Shown piece after piece: positions 17,124 to 26,036 of a DNA stretch of 58,225 bases. The DNA lies in assembly GCA_050257455.1 (NCBI GenBank), contig JBLMWX010000164.1, positions 1-58,225 on the forward strand. The letters run 5' to 3'. The translations under genes were made by a program, and so were the position numbers. Every line of letters starts with the position of its first letter. Positions within the stretch are counted from its first letter, which is position 1. Source of the DNA: Gemmatimonadota bacterium (GTDB lineage Bacteria > Desulfobacterota > Deferrimicrobia > Deferrimicrobiales > Deferrimicrobiaceae). The notes below the pieces were generated by a model. It was given only the letters and a program-made list of their open reading frames with translations. It was not told the DNA's origin and did no database searches.

Positions 17124-18167
17124 ATGACGGAACGGGCCGACAGGGGATTCACGCTCATCGAGGTGATGGTCACGCTGGTCATCCTGGTCATCGTGTTGAC
17201 CGCCGTGTCCGGCCTCTTCACGCTCGTGCTCAACCAGTACAAGCAGCAGACGAAGATTGCGGAGACGGGGATGGAGAGGACCGTCGGTCTGGAAATCCTC
17301 CGGCAGGACATCGCGGCCGCCGGGCACGGACTGCCGTGGAACGGGCTTTCGGCGGCGTCCTACACGGAAGCCGCGTCGGGCACATTCAACGATCTTCCCC
17401 CGGCGGCGCCCCGGGCGATCCTGAGCGGCAACAACACCGGAATCCGCGGATCGGACCGTCTGATCGTCAAGGCGGTGAGCGTCGGGACGGATCCGCTCTG
17501 CCGGAAATGGACGCTCCTGGATTCGACCGGCGGCACGCGGGCGTGGATGCCGGCTTCCGAGAACCTGGTCGCCGGGGACCGGGTCATCGTCCTGGATCCG
17601 GGGGCGACCGAGGATACCCGGCGGTCCCTCGTCACGGTCGGCGCCGGCTACAGCGTCGACTTCGCCTCGGTCGCGGGATTCGCCCCGATGAATCCCGGAG
17701 ACGTGCGCGTCGTCTACGGCGTCGACGGAGGCGGGGCGCTCCGGATGCCCTACAATCGCGCGGAGTATTACATCGACAACACGAGCGTCCCGGAGACGTG
17801 CGCCCCGGGCACGGGCGTCCTCGTCAAGTCCCTGGTGAGCCACGCCAGCGGAGACCTGATGGCCCCCCTGCCCCTCCTGGACTGCGTCGCGGACTTCCAG
17901 GTCGAGTACCTGCTGGACAGCAACAAGGACGGGTCCATCGACGGCACTTCCGACGACATCAGCGGGCCGCCGTTCGACGCCAAGGCGATCCGGGAGCAGG
18001 TGAAGGACGTGCGCGTGTCCATCCTGGCGCACGAGGGACAGCGGGACCGGTCGTACAGCCACCCGGCCGGCACGATCGCGGTGGCCGGGCACGCGAACGC
18101 GGTCGACCGGCAGTTCCGGTGGCGGGTCTACGAAATGGTCGTCAAGCCGTTCAACCTGGGGGAGTGA
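17124..18167 (+). CDS. pilW: PilW-like minor pilin
   Basis: The ATG follows the pilV stop directly. Prepilin motif RG/FTLIEVMVTLVIL. Confidence 0.75.
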   Translation: MTERADRGFTLIEVMVTLVILVIVLTAVSGLFTLVLNQYKQQTKIAETGMERTVGLEILRQDIAAAGHGLPWNGLSAASYTEAASGTFNDLPPAAPRAILSGNNTGIRGSDRLIVKAVSVGTDPLCRKWTLLDSTGGTRAWMPASENLVAGDRVIVLDPGATEDTRRSLVTVGAGYSVDFASVAGFAPMNPGDVRVVYGVDGGGALRMPYNRAEYYIDNTSVPETCAPGTGVLVKSLVSHASGDLMAPLPLLDCVADFQVEYLLDSNKDGSIDGTSDDISGPPFDAKAIREQVKDVRVSILAHEGQRDRSYSHPAGTIAVAGHANAVDRQFRWRVYEMVVKPFNLGE

Positions 18168-18168
18168 C

Positions 18169-18732
18169 GTGAGGCGGACCGGAGGCGACAGCGGCATCGC
18201 GCTCGTGGTCGTGATGCTCCTGGCCGCGGTGGCGCTCGCCATCTCGGGGGGGCTGATGTACATGCTCGCCCGGAGCGGGTACCTCTCGGGGATGCAGAAG
18301 CAGTACAAGACGGCCCTGGAAGCCGGCGTCGGCGGAACGGACGTGGCGTTCCAGGTCATCGCGTCGGGCGGGACCCTGTCGGCGTCCGCCATCGGCCTCA
18401 CCTACGATCCGGCCAACGTGGCGACGAAGCTGCAAAACCGCACGGCGGACTGGGGCGGGCTCGACAGCACGATGACAATCAATGCCCTGGACAACGCGAC
18501 GTACGACATGACCGTCGACCTCGGCAACTACAGGGTCTATTCGAAGATCGTCGACACGGTTCCCGGAAACTCGGCGGCCAACCTGGGGCTCCAGAACAAG
18601 GGCGTCGCGTCGGGAGGGGGCGGCGAGATCGTCGTCATGAGCACGCCGTATCTCTACACGATCGAGGTGCTCGCCCAGAGGCGGTCGAACCCGTCCGAGC
18701 GGGCGAAGCTGTCGGTTCTGTACGAGTATTGA
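18169..18732 (+). CDS. pilX: PilX-like minor pilin (PilX N-terminal domain)
   Basis: GTG lies 1 nt after the pilW stop. N-terminal SGIALVVVMLLAAVALAISGG lacks Glu5, as in PilX. Confidence 0.65.
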   Translation: MRRTGGDSGIALVVVMLLAAVALAISGGLMYMLARSGYLSGMQKQYKTALEAGVGGTDVAFQVIASGGTLSASAIGLTYDPANVATKLQNRTADWGGLDSTMTINALDNATYDMTVDLGNYRVYSKIVDTVPGNSAANLGLQNKGVASGGGGEIVVMSTPYLYTIEVLAQRRSNPSERAKLSVLYEY

Positions 18733-18828
18733 CGAGGGGAAGGAGGTGGAGACGTCTCGCCATCGAAATCCGGGCCGCAGATCGCGGTCCGGAAGCGGAG
18801 TGAATCGCCAAGGGAGGAGGGCCGGGCA

Positions 18829-19443
18829 ATGAACCGGAAGTTTCTTTACGCGCTCGTCGCTGCAATGGTCGGCGCTCTGGCCTTGACCGGGCTCGGATGC
18901 GAGATGTGCTGCAACTCGAGCCAGGGCGCAGGCTCGATGGTCATCGCGGATCCGGCGACGAACAGGAGCCACAGGGCGACCTTCAACTATCGCGTTTCGT
19001 GTACCGGGTCGTACGCCCCGGACGCGCCGCGGACGGTTTCCGGCAAGTTCCAGTATCAGGACCACGGCGCCTGGACGAACGCCGAAGGCATCCAGTACAA
19101 CGTCAGCGTCGAAGCGGCCATCGATAACGTGGTCAGCACCGAACAGGTATACTTCCTGGCCGCGAACGACGACTATTACGACTTCCTGTCGATCCCGAGC
19201 CCCGGGACGGCGGAAGCCGGGGTCTTCTGCTCCTCGGCTTACCCGAACATGGTGATCTTCAAGGGAACATACAAGCCCTGGCACCAGCCGGGCGATGCCG
19301 GGACGGTCTACGTCATGGTCATGGACAACGGGAAGGGCGGGCCGTCGTCGGGGGACAGGTTCGAGATCCTGTTGGACGGGGGCGAGTTCCGCGGGTACCG
19401 GAAGAGAGGGGTCATCGCCGGCGGCAATCTAAGGACGAACTGA
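18829..19443 (+). CDS. Secreted / probable lipoprotein, Cys-rich N-terminus, unknown function, last gene of the pilus operon
   Basis: Signal peptide MNRKFLYALVAAMVGALALTGLGC followed by EMCC. RBS GGGAGGAGGG. GC3-rich. It is followed by a strong terminator. Confidence 0.6.
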   Translation: MNRKFLYALVAAMVGALALTGLGCEMCCNSSQGAGSMVIADPATNRSHRATFNYRVSCTGSYAPDAPRTVSGKFQYQDHGAWTNAEGIQYNVSVEAAIDNVVSTEQVYFLAANDDYYDFLSIPSPGTAEAGVFCSSAYPNMVIFKGTYKPWHQPGDAGTVYVMVMDNGKGGPSSGDRFEILLDGGEFRGYRKRGVIAGGNLRTN

Positions 19444-19465
19444 ACGGACCTCCGATCAGGCACGC

Positions 19466-19500
19466 GGCGCGGCCGGGGAGAAACCCGGCCGCGCCTTTTT
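19466..19500 (+). terminator. Rho-independent terminator
   Basis: 12-bp perfect stem GGCGCGGCCGGG / CCCGGCCGCGCC, loop GAGAAA, then TTTTT. Confidence 0.85.
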
Positions 19501-19540
19501 CGTGCGGCGCGCTTGGGGCGCCTCCCGTTCCCGCCTTCCG

Positions 19541-19678
19541 TCAATCGTCGTCCATCATCCGGTGTTTCGGCCCCTCCACGTCGTCGTACTGGTCGCTCCG
19601 GACCGCCCACAGGAACAGGAGCCACGCGCCCGCGGCGAGCACGACGGAGATGAAGACGAGGAGGGCGACCGTCCACAT
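19541..19678 (-). CDS. ccoS: cbb3 oxidase maturation protein CcoS/FixS (45 aa, absent from the ORF track)
   Basis: Hand translation gives MWTVALLVFISVVLAAGAWLLFLWAVRSDQYDDVEGPKHRMMDDD. Single TM plus a Q-[YF]-DD motif typical of CcoS. The ATG lies 1 nt after the ccoI stop. Confidence 0.75.
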   Translation of the reverse strand: MWTVALLVFISVVLAAGAWLLFLWAVRSDQYDDVEGPKHRMMDDD

Positions 19679-19679
19679 G

Positions 19680-22169
19680 TCAATCCCCCGGCTCCGCGGG
19701 CGCCCGCTCCCGGAGGCGGAGCGCGTTTCCCGTCACGATGAGCGAGCTTGCCGCCATGAGTCCCGCCGACACGATGGGAGTGATGCGCCCGGCGGCGGCC
19801 AGCGGAATCGCGACGGCGTTGTAGGAAAACGCCCACCACAGGTTCTGCCGGACCACGCGCATCGTCCGGCGCGACACGAGAAGGAAACGCCGGACGAGGG
19901 CCAGGTCGTCGGTGGTCAGCACGATGCCCGCGCTCTCGATGGCGACGTCCGTCCCGCGGCCCATCGCCATCCCGACGTCCGCTTCCGCCATCGCGGGGGC
20001 GTCGTTCACGCCGTCGCCCACGAAGAGCACCCGGGCTCCCGACCCCTTCGCCTCGCGCACCGCGGCGGCCTTCTCCGCGGGAGCGGCCCCCGCGCGGAAC
20101 CGGTCGAGCCCCGCGTCCTTCGCGATCCGCGCCGCCACGCTCTCGCCGTCCCCCGTCACCATCATGACGCCGTAACCGTCCTCCCGCAACCGGGCGACGA
20201 GGCCGGGGGCGGCGGGCCTCACGGTGTCCACCGCGGCCAGAACGCCGGCGACCGTGCCTTCCAGCGCGAGCCAGGCGACCGTCTTCCCGGCCTCCGCCAT
20301 CGCCACGCCGACCTCGCGCTGCTCGGGGGGGATCGCCACGCTCCGGGCGGCGAGGAACTCCTCCCGTCCCAGAAGGCAGCGCCTTCCGCCGATCGTCCCT
20401 TCCACGCCCATCCCGGGCGTGGCGCGAAAGCCGGCGACTTCCGCCCGGGGGCCGCCCGGGGCGGCGCGCAGGACCGCGCCCGCGAAGGCGTGCTCCGAGG
20501 AGGCTTCGAGGGAGGCGGCGATCCCGAGGAGTTCGTCCCGCGCGACGCCGAACTCCACCGCGTCCGTGAGCCGGGGGCGTCCCTCGGTCAGCGTTCCCGT
20601 CTTGTCCAGGAAGACCGAGGTCACCCTGGCGCCCGCCTCCAGCACGTCCCCGCCTTTCACGAGAATTCCCGCCGACCGCGCCGCCCCGGCGCCGACGTGG
20701 ACCGCGAGCGGCACGGCCAGCCCGAGCGCGCAGGGGCAGGCGACGACGAGCACGGCGACTGAGGCGAGGAGCGCCGCCGCCGCCGGCCGGCCCGAGGCGA
20801 GCCAGGCGGCGAAGGTGAGCGCCGCCGCCGCGACGACCGCCGGGACGAACCGCCGGACCACGGCGTCCGCGATCCCCTGGATCGGGGCCTTCCGCGCCTG
20901 CGCCTCCGCGACCGCGCGCACGATCCGCGCCAGGACGGTTTCCCGCGCGGTGCCGGTCACGGCCACGACGAGCCGCCCCGGCCCGTTCAGGGTGCCGGCG
21001 TAGACGGGGCTCCCGGGGCCCTTCACGACCGGCCGGGACTCTCCCGTCAGCATCGACTCGTCCGCCTCGGACGACCCCGCGGTCACGCACCCGTCGGCGG
21101 GGATCCTCGATCCGGGGACGATCTCGATGGAGTCGCCGGGGGCGAGGGCGCCCACCGGCACGGTCTCCGCGGACGGCAGCGGCGGCCCGCCCGCCGCACG
21201 CAGCCGGCGGGCCTGCCCGGGCGCGAGGCGGACCAGGGCCGCGAGCGACGCCGACGCCCGGCCCCGGGCCGACGCCTCGAGGTACCGGCCGAGCAGGACC
21301 AGCGTGACGATCATCGCGGCGGTGTCCCAGTACCCGTCGCGGCCCATCGCGACCATGGCCGCGCTGTACGCATAGGCGGACAGGGTGCCGAGCCCCACCA
21401 GGACGTCCATCCCGGGAGCGAGGTTCCGGATGCCGGCGGCGGCCCCTTTCAGGAACGGGAAACCGGCGTAGAAGACGATCGGGGTCGTGAGGAAGAAAGC
21501 CAGCAGGTTGAAGTAGGTCCTGTACCGGCCCTCGATCCCCTGGAACATCCCGGCGTAGAGGCCGGCCGTGACCATCATGACCTGGGAGGACAGGAACGCC
21601 GCCGTGCCGAACCGCACGAGAAGGTCGTTCTTCTCCCGCCGCAGGGCGTCGTCCGCGCCGCCGGGGGCGACCGGGTGGGCCCCGTACCCCAGCTCCCCGA
21701 TCCATCCGGCGATCCGGGCCGCGTCCGCCGCGGCGGGATCCCAGCGCACGGTCGCCCTGTGGGTCGCGTAGTTGACCCGCGCCGACAGGATTCCCGCTTT
21801 CTTCCCGAGGTAACGCTCGATGAGCCAGACGCAGGACGCGCACCGGATTCCCGAGACCGCCATGTCCGCCTCGAGGGCGCCTCCCGACGGCCGGGTGCAG
21901 TCCGCGAATGCCTCCGGGTCCCCGGGCCCGGTGCCTCCCGCGGCCGTCCCGGGAGGGCCGGGAGTCCAGCCGGTCCTCCGGGCGTAGAAGCCGTCGAGGC
22001 CTTCCCGTGTCAGGAGCGCGTGGACGTTCCGGCAGCCGGTGCAGCAGAACAGGAGGTCACGCGCGTCCGCGTCTCCGCGGACCGCGGCGCCGGGCGCCAG
22101 CGGGAGGAGGCAGTGCGCGCATGCCCCCGTTTCGGCCGGGCGGCTAATGGAGGATTCCGCGCGCCGCAA
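19680..22169 (-). CDS. ccoI: Copper-translocating P-type ATPase CcoI/FixI
   Basis: N-terminal CxxC..CCTGC metal-binding domain, HMA-like domain (GIRCASCV), CPC motif (ACPCALG), DKTGTLT, GDGVNDAP. Confidence 0.9.
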   Translation of the reverse strand: MRRAESSISRPAETGACAHCLLPLAPGAAVRGDADARDLLFCCTGCRNVHALLTREGLDGFYARRTGWTPGPPGTAAGGTGPGDPEAFADCTRPSGGALEADMAVSGIRCASCVWLIERYLGKKAGILSARVNYATHRATVRWDPAAADAARIAGWIGELGYGAHPVAPGGADDALRREKNDLLVRFGTAAFLSSQVMMVTAGLYAGMFQGIEGRYRTYFNLLAFFLTTPIVFYAGFPFLKGAAAGIRNLAPGMDVLVGLGTLSAYAYSAAMVAMGRDGYWDTAAMIVTLVLLGRYLEASARGRASASLAALVRLAPGQARRLRAAGGPPLPSAETVPVGALAPGDSIEIVPGSRIPADGCVTAGSSEADESMLTGESRPVVKGPGSPVYAGTLNGPGRLVVAVTGTARETVLARIVRAVAEAQARKAPIQGIADAVVRRFVPAVVAAAALTFAAWLASGRPAAAALLASVAVLVVACPCALGLAVPLAVHVGAGAARSAGILVKGGDVLEAGARVTSVFLDKTGTLTEGRPRLTDAVEFGVARDELLGIAASLEASSEHAFAGAVLRAAPGGPRAEVAGFRATPGMGVEGTIGGRRCLLGREEFLAARSVAIPPEQREVGVAMAEAGKTVAWLALEGTVAGVLAAVDTVRPAAPGLVARLREDGYGVMMVTGDGESVAARIAKDAGLDRFRAGAAPAEKAAAVREAKGSGARVLFVGDGVNDAPAMAEADVGMAMGRGTDVAIESAGIVLTTDDLALVRRFLLVSRRTMRVVRQNLWWAFSYNAVAIPLAAAGRITPIVSAGLMAASSLIVTGNALRLRERAPAEPGD

Positions 22170-22836
22170 GCAGGACCCCGGCGAGCACGACGAAGGCGGC
22201 CGAGAGGCGGGCGAGGCGGGTTCTCGCGCGCGCGCTCAGGGCGCCGGCCGCCTTGCCGATCACGAGGAGCGCCGGAACCGTTCCCGCGCCGAAGACCGCC
22301 ATGACGAGGAACCCCCGGAGAAATCCGGCCCCGTGGTCTCCCGCCTCCATCCCTTCGCGGGCGGCCGCGAGAAGGGCGGCGTAGACGAGGCCGCACGGGA
22401 GGAACCCGAGCACGAGGCCCAGCGGGAAGTACGCGCCGGCCGTTCCGGCTCCGGCGAGAAGGCGGCACGCCTTCTCCAGGAGCCCGGGCGCGTCGCCCGG
22501 ACGCGCGCCGGGGCTTCCCCGGTGAAGCCACCCGCCCAGGACGAGCCCCGCGACAGCGATCAGCATGCCGGTCGCCGTCAGCACCGCGCGCTGGTACGGG
22601 GCGATAACCCCCGCGACGTCGAGGAACGATCCCGTGAAGCCGGCGATCCCCCCGACCATGCTGTAGGTCGTGATCCGCCCGAGGTGGTACAGGAGCTGGG
22701 GCCGGATCGCGCCGCCTTCGCCGCGGTGAACCGAGAGGGCGGCGACGAGGGGGCCGCACATCCCGGCGCAATGCCCGATCCCGCCGACGAGCCCCGAGGC
22801 GAAGAGGAGGGGATAGGTGGCCTCAGTCAGCCACAT
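22144..22836 (-). CDS. DsbD_2 / TauE-like membrane protein (HCxxMCGP family)
   Basis: Motif GIGHCAGMCGPLV and about 6 TM helices. It sits between the fixH-like gene and ccoI. Confidence 0.7.
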   Translation of the reverse strand: MWLTEATYPLLFASGLVGGIGHCAGMCGPLVAALSVHRGEGGAIRPQLLYHLGRITTYSMVGGIAGFTGSFLDVAGVIAPYQRAVLTATGMLIAVAGLVLGGWLHRGSPGARPGDAPGLLEKACRLLAGAGTAGAYFPLGLVLGFLPCGLVYAALLAAAREGMEAGDHGAGFLRGFLVMAVFGAGTVPALLVIGKAAGALSARARTRLARLSAAFVVLAGVLLAARGILH

Positions 22837-23641
22837 CGAAGGTGAAGACCGCCCGGGTCCCCGACGGGAGCGTGACCGTTGCCGACCACGTCCGGCGACC
22901 GCTCCCGCACCTGACGATCACGCCCTTGCCGCGCCAGATCCCGTCGGCCCCCCTCCGGAGGTCGACGCGGTTCGGCGGCATCCGCATCCCGGGCATCCCG
23001 AGGTCGATCCGGGGCGGGCCCGCCCGCCCGTCGTCGCCGGGGACCTCCACGGAGAAGGAGAGGTCCCGCATGGCGCGAACCGGTTTGGGGGAGATGTCGA
23101 GGATCACCGCCTGTTCCCCCGCGAACCCTTTCACCGGCCCGGAGTGGATGTCGCCGCCGACCCTCCGTCCCCCTCCGCCGGCGCCCCCGCCGTCCCCCTC
23201 CCGCGCCGCCGCCGTCGCCAGCCATCGCCGCTCCGCGCGCAGCGGCCCCCGGTCGACGGTCAGGCGCAGGAGCCACTCGCCGGCCGCCGGCAGGACGAGG
23301 TCGCCCGCGTACGTTCCGGGCGCCTCCTCGCGGAGAACGCTCGCCGCGTCCTCGCGCGGGCCCGAGAGACGCATCGCGCGAAGGACCGCGGCCGCTCCGC
23401 GCAGCGGTCCCGAGGAGGTCGCCACCACCGCGGCGAGCCGGTTCCGTCCCTCCTCGAGCCGCGCGGGAACCCGGACCGTGAGCCCCAGCTCTTCCTCCAT
23501 CTCCTTGGCCGCCAGGTAGTCCCGGGCACGCTCGTAGTAGGCGTCCTCGACGAGCCCCTCGTCCGAGACGGCGGCCACGTAGACGGTCGCGGCCAGCAGA
23601 ACGGCGAAGGCCGCGTTGATCCCCGCGACAAGCGCCTTCAC
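22823..23641 (-). CDS. FixH/CcoH-like membrane-anchored protein with a YtkA-like C-terminal domain
   Basis: GTG 23641 overlaps the ccoG stop (GTGA). RBS GGAGAAAGGAGGGG. N-terminal TM, then DAYYERARDY (FixH-like). C-terminal GMPGMRMPP..GIWRG resembles YtkA. Confidence 0.65.
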   Translation of the reverse strand: MKALVAGINAAFAVLLAATVYVAAVSDEGLVEDAYYERARDYLAAKEMEEELGLTVRVPARLEEGRNRLAAVVATSSGPLRGAAAVLRAMRLSGPREDAASVLREEAPGTYAGDLVLPAAGEWLLRLTVDRGPLRAERRWLATAAAREGDGGGAGGGGRRVGGDIHSGPVKGFAGEQAVILDISPKPVRAMRDLSFSVEVPGDDGRAGPPRIDLGMPGMRMPPNRVDLRRGADGIWRGKGVIVRCGSGRRTWSATVTLPSGTRAVFTFDVAD

Positions 23642-24414
23642 GGCCGCCCCTCCTTTCTCCGGCGCGCGATCCCGCCCCGGTAGGCGACGAACGGCGCGAT
23701 CCCGAAGGGCGCGGTCGCCAGGCGGCAGGCGTCGATGCACTCCGCGCAGGCGATGCACTCCCGCTGGTCGCCGGCCTTGATGTCGATGGCGACCGGGCAC
23801 GCCCGGACGCAGTCGTCGCAGCGCAGGCACTCGGCGGCCCGGTCCCGGTCGAAGGCGATCGTCAGCGTGCCGGGAGTGAAGAGCACGATCTGGAGCATCG
23901 AGTACGGGCAGACGCTGCGGCAGAACCGGGGCCCCGCGAGGGCGAGCATCCCGTAGAGGCACGCCGCCTGGACGAGGAAGACCCCGAGGACGGCGCGCGA
24001 GCGGGCCAGCCCGGCGGCGATGTCGGGCGGCGCGAGGAAGAAGGCGATGAGCGACAGGGAGACGACCCCCGAGACGGGGAGCAGGAGCGCCTTCTCTCCG
24101 GCCGCGCGGAAGCGCGGGGGAAGCGCGGACGCCGCCCACTTCGCCAGCTCCGGGATCACCGTCTGCCCGCAGAGCCAGCCGCACCAGACGCGCCCGAACA
24201 CGACGGTGGCCCCGATCGCGACGAGGATCAGGAGGAGGACCGCGATCACGACGAGGTGGAACTCCTCGATCCCGACCGACGCGCCCGCGACGTGGAGCGT
24301 GAGCCGCGGGATGTCGAAGCGGAACGCGCTGTCCCCCCCGACCGTGACGAACGGGAGGGAGAGCAGCGCCGCCGCCTGGGCGAGCGCCGCGGCGCGCCGC
24401 CGCGACCGCCACAT
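23638..24414 (-). CDS. ccoG: CcoG/FixG-like polyferredoxin, short form lacking the usual C-terminal domain
   Basis: GRVWCGWLCGQT, CRSVCPYS, CLRCDDCVRACP, CIACAECIDAC. 258 aa, against about 470 aa recalled for canonical CcoG. Confidence 0.75.
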   Translation of the reverse strand: MWRSRRRAAALAQAAALLSLPFVTVGGDSAFRFDIPRLTLHVAGASVGIEEFHLVVIAVLLLILVAIGATVVFGRVWCGWLCGQTVIPELAKWAASALPPRFRAAGEKALLLPVSGVVSLSLIAFFLAPPDIAAGLARSRAVLGVFLVQAACLYGMLALAGPRFCRSVCPYSMLQIVLFTPGTLTIAFDRDRAAECLRCDDCVRACPVAIDIKAGDQRECIACAECIDACRLATAPFGIAPFVAYRGGIARRRKEGRP

Positions 24415-24415
24415 G

Positions 24416-24883
24416 TCACGGCTTCTCCCGGATCGAGTCCACGTACGCGAGGACCCGCTGGATCCGTTGCCTGCCGAGCTGGCTCTCGAAGGCGGGCATC
24501 CCGCCGGGACGCCCGTTGGCGATCGAGTCGTACTTCGCGATGTCCGTCTCGCCGTATTTCAGGTGCCCGGTCAGGTCGGGGCCGACGTCGCCCTTGAGCG
24601 CGTCGCCGTGGCAGCCGGCGCAGTTCTCCGCGTAGATCCGTCCCCCCTCGGCGATCGCCTTGGGATCGCCCTCGTACGGGTTCTCGTGGGAGACCGCGGC
24701 CGGGGCGGCCGTCCTGGCGGCTTCCGACTCCTTCCGGAGGACGTCGTACTGGGACCACCCGCTGATCTGCGGGGTGTAGCGGACGATGTAGAAGATCCCC
24801 CAGGCGATCAGGGCGAAGAAGAAGACGAGGAAGAACGCGGGAACCTTGTTGTGGCGCTCCATGTCCCTGAAGTCGTCGCTCAT
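24416..24883 (-). CDS. Membrane-anchored monohaem cytochrome c (half-CcoP-like)
   Basis: N-terminal TM (VPAFFLVFFFALIAWGIFYIV), a single CAGCH haem motif, GGMPAF. Confidence 0.8.
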   Translation of the reverse strand: MSDDFRDMERHNKVPAFFLVFFFALIAWGIFYIVRYTPQISGWSQYDVLRKESEAARTAAPAAVSHENPYEGDPKAIAEGGRIYAENCAGCHGDALKGDVGPDLTGHLKYGETDIAKYDSIANGRPGGMPAFESQLGRQRIQRVLAYVDSIREKP

Positions 24884-25056
24884 CGTGCGTTCCTCCGGTC
24901 GCGTTCCGGGCCCCCGTCGTCGTCCCGGAGCATCCTGTACTTCGGGGCCTCCACCGCGTCGCGCCGCTTCGCGCTGTAGTAGTGCCGGACGATCCCCGCG
25001 AAGACGGCGACGAGGGCCGCCGTGAAGAGCAGGTAAGCGACGGTTCCGGCGGTCAC
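24880..25056 (-). CDS. ccoQ: CcoQ/FixQ-like small single-TM subunit (58 aa, absent from the ORF track as a separate gene)
   Basis: GTG 25056 overlaps the ccoO stop (GTGA). Product VTAGTVAYLLFTAALVAVFAGIVRHYYSAKRRDAVEAPKYRMLRDDD... Its stop overlaps the next ATG (ATGA). Confidence 0.55.
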   Translation of the reverse strand: MTAGTVAYLLFTAALVAVFAGIVRHYYSAKRRDAVEAPKYRMLRDDDGGPERDRRNAR

Positions 25057-26021
25057 GGCTTCGCGAGGCTCCTGATATAGGCGATGACCTTCCAGATCCG
25101 GGTCGGCCCCAGGGTTCCCATGAAGGACGGCATCCCCCCGGGTCTCCCGCCGCTGACGGTCGTGAACACCTCCGGGTCGCTTCCGCCGAATTTCCACTCC
25201 TTGTCGGTGAGGTTCGGCCCGAACCCTCCCGTCGCCCCCTCCCCGTGGCATGCCTTGCAGTTCGCCTCGAAGATCCGCCGCCCCTCCTCCACCGCCTCCC
25301 GGTCGCCCGCGAACGGGTTCCGTTGCGCCGGGGCGGATTCCGCCGGCGCGGCTTCCGCCTTCTGCACGGCCTTGAGGTCGCTCCCGACCTTCTGGAGATA
25401 CGCCACCAGCGCGTCGAGTTCCGTCAGCCCGCCCTGAAGCGTTGCGGGCGTGACCGCCGAGCGTGCCTTCGCGGACGGGTACCCCGGCGCCGTGACCGTC
25501 GTCCGGTACTCGTCGATCTGACGCGCCACGTCGGCCTCCGTGTATCCGAACCCGAGGACCGACACCTTTCTCGCGGCGGTCGACGTGTCGAGCGCCCGCC
25601 CGGCGAGCCAGCCGTAGCGCGGCATGTTCGACCTCCCGAACATCGCCCGCGGGTCCGCCATGTGCTGGTAGTGCCAGGAATCGGGGTATTTCGCCCCGAT
25701 CCGGGCGAGGTCCGGTCCGGTCCGGCGCGACCCCCACAGGAACGGCCTGTCGTAGGCGAACTCCTCGGGCTTGGAGTAGTCCCCGTACCGGGCGACCTCC
25801 GACCGCAACGGGCGCACGGTCTGGGTGTGGCAGTTGTTGCACCCCTCGCGGATGTAGATGTCGCGGCCCTCCGTCTCCACCGCCGTGTACGGCTTGATCA
25901 GCCGGCTCACCGGCTGCGTGGCCGGCATGAAGAGCGGAATGAACGTCGTCACGAGGGTGCCGACGGAGATCACCGCGACCGCCGCCGCCGCGAAGAGAAC
26001 CGGCCTGTCGTAGAGGCTCAT
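25053..26021 (-). CDS. ccoO: cbb3 oxidase subunit II (CcoO) fused to an extra C-terminal monohaem cytochrome c domain
   Basis: CcoO core GRDIYIREGCNNCHTQTVRP and RTGPDLARIG. A second haem site CKACH plus GGMPSF lies in the C-terminal ~90 aa. Confidence 0.85.
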   Translation of the reverse strand: MSLYDRPVLFAAAAVAVISVGTLVTTFIPLFMPATQPVSRLIKPYTAVETEGRDIYIREGCNNCHTQTVRPLRSEVARYGDYSKPEEFAYDRPFLWGSRRTGPDLARIGAKYPDSWHYQHMADPRAMFGRSNMPRYGWLAGRALDTSTAARKVSVLGFGYTEADVARQIDEYRTTVTAPGYPSAKARSAVTPATLQGGLTELDALVAYLQKVGSDLKAVQKAEAAPAESAPAQRNPFAGDREAVEEGRRIFEANCKACHGEGATGGFGPNLTDKEWKFGGSDPEVFTTVSGGRPGGMPSFMGTLGPTRIWKVIAYIRSLAKP

Positions 26022-26036
26022 CCGCGCATCCCCTTG

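Noticed and set aside
23638-24414. The short CcoG (258 aa) as a truncated pseudogene
   Set aside because: All Fe-S motifs are intact. The stop is embedded in a GTGA coupling to the next gene, which has its own strong RBS and a FixH-like N-terminal TM. This looks like a native short form and not decay.
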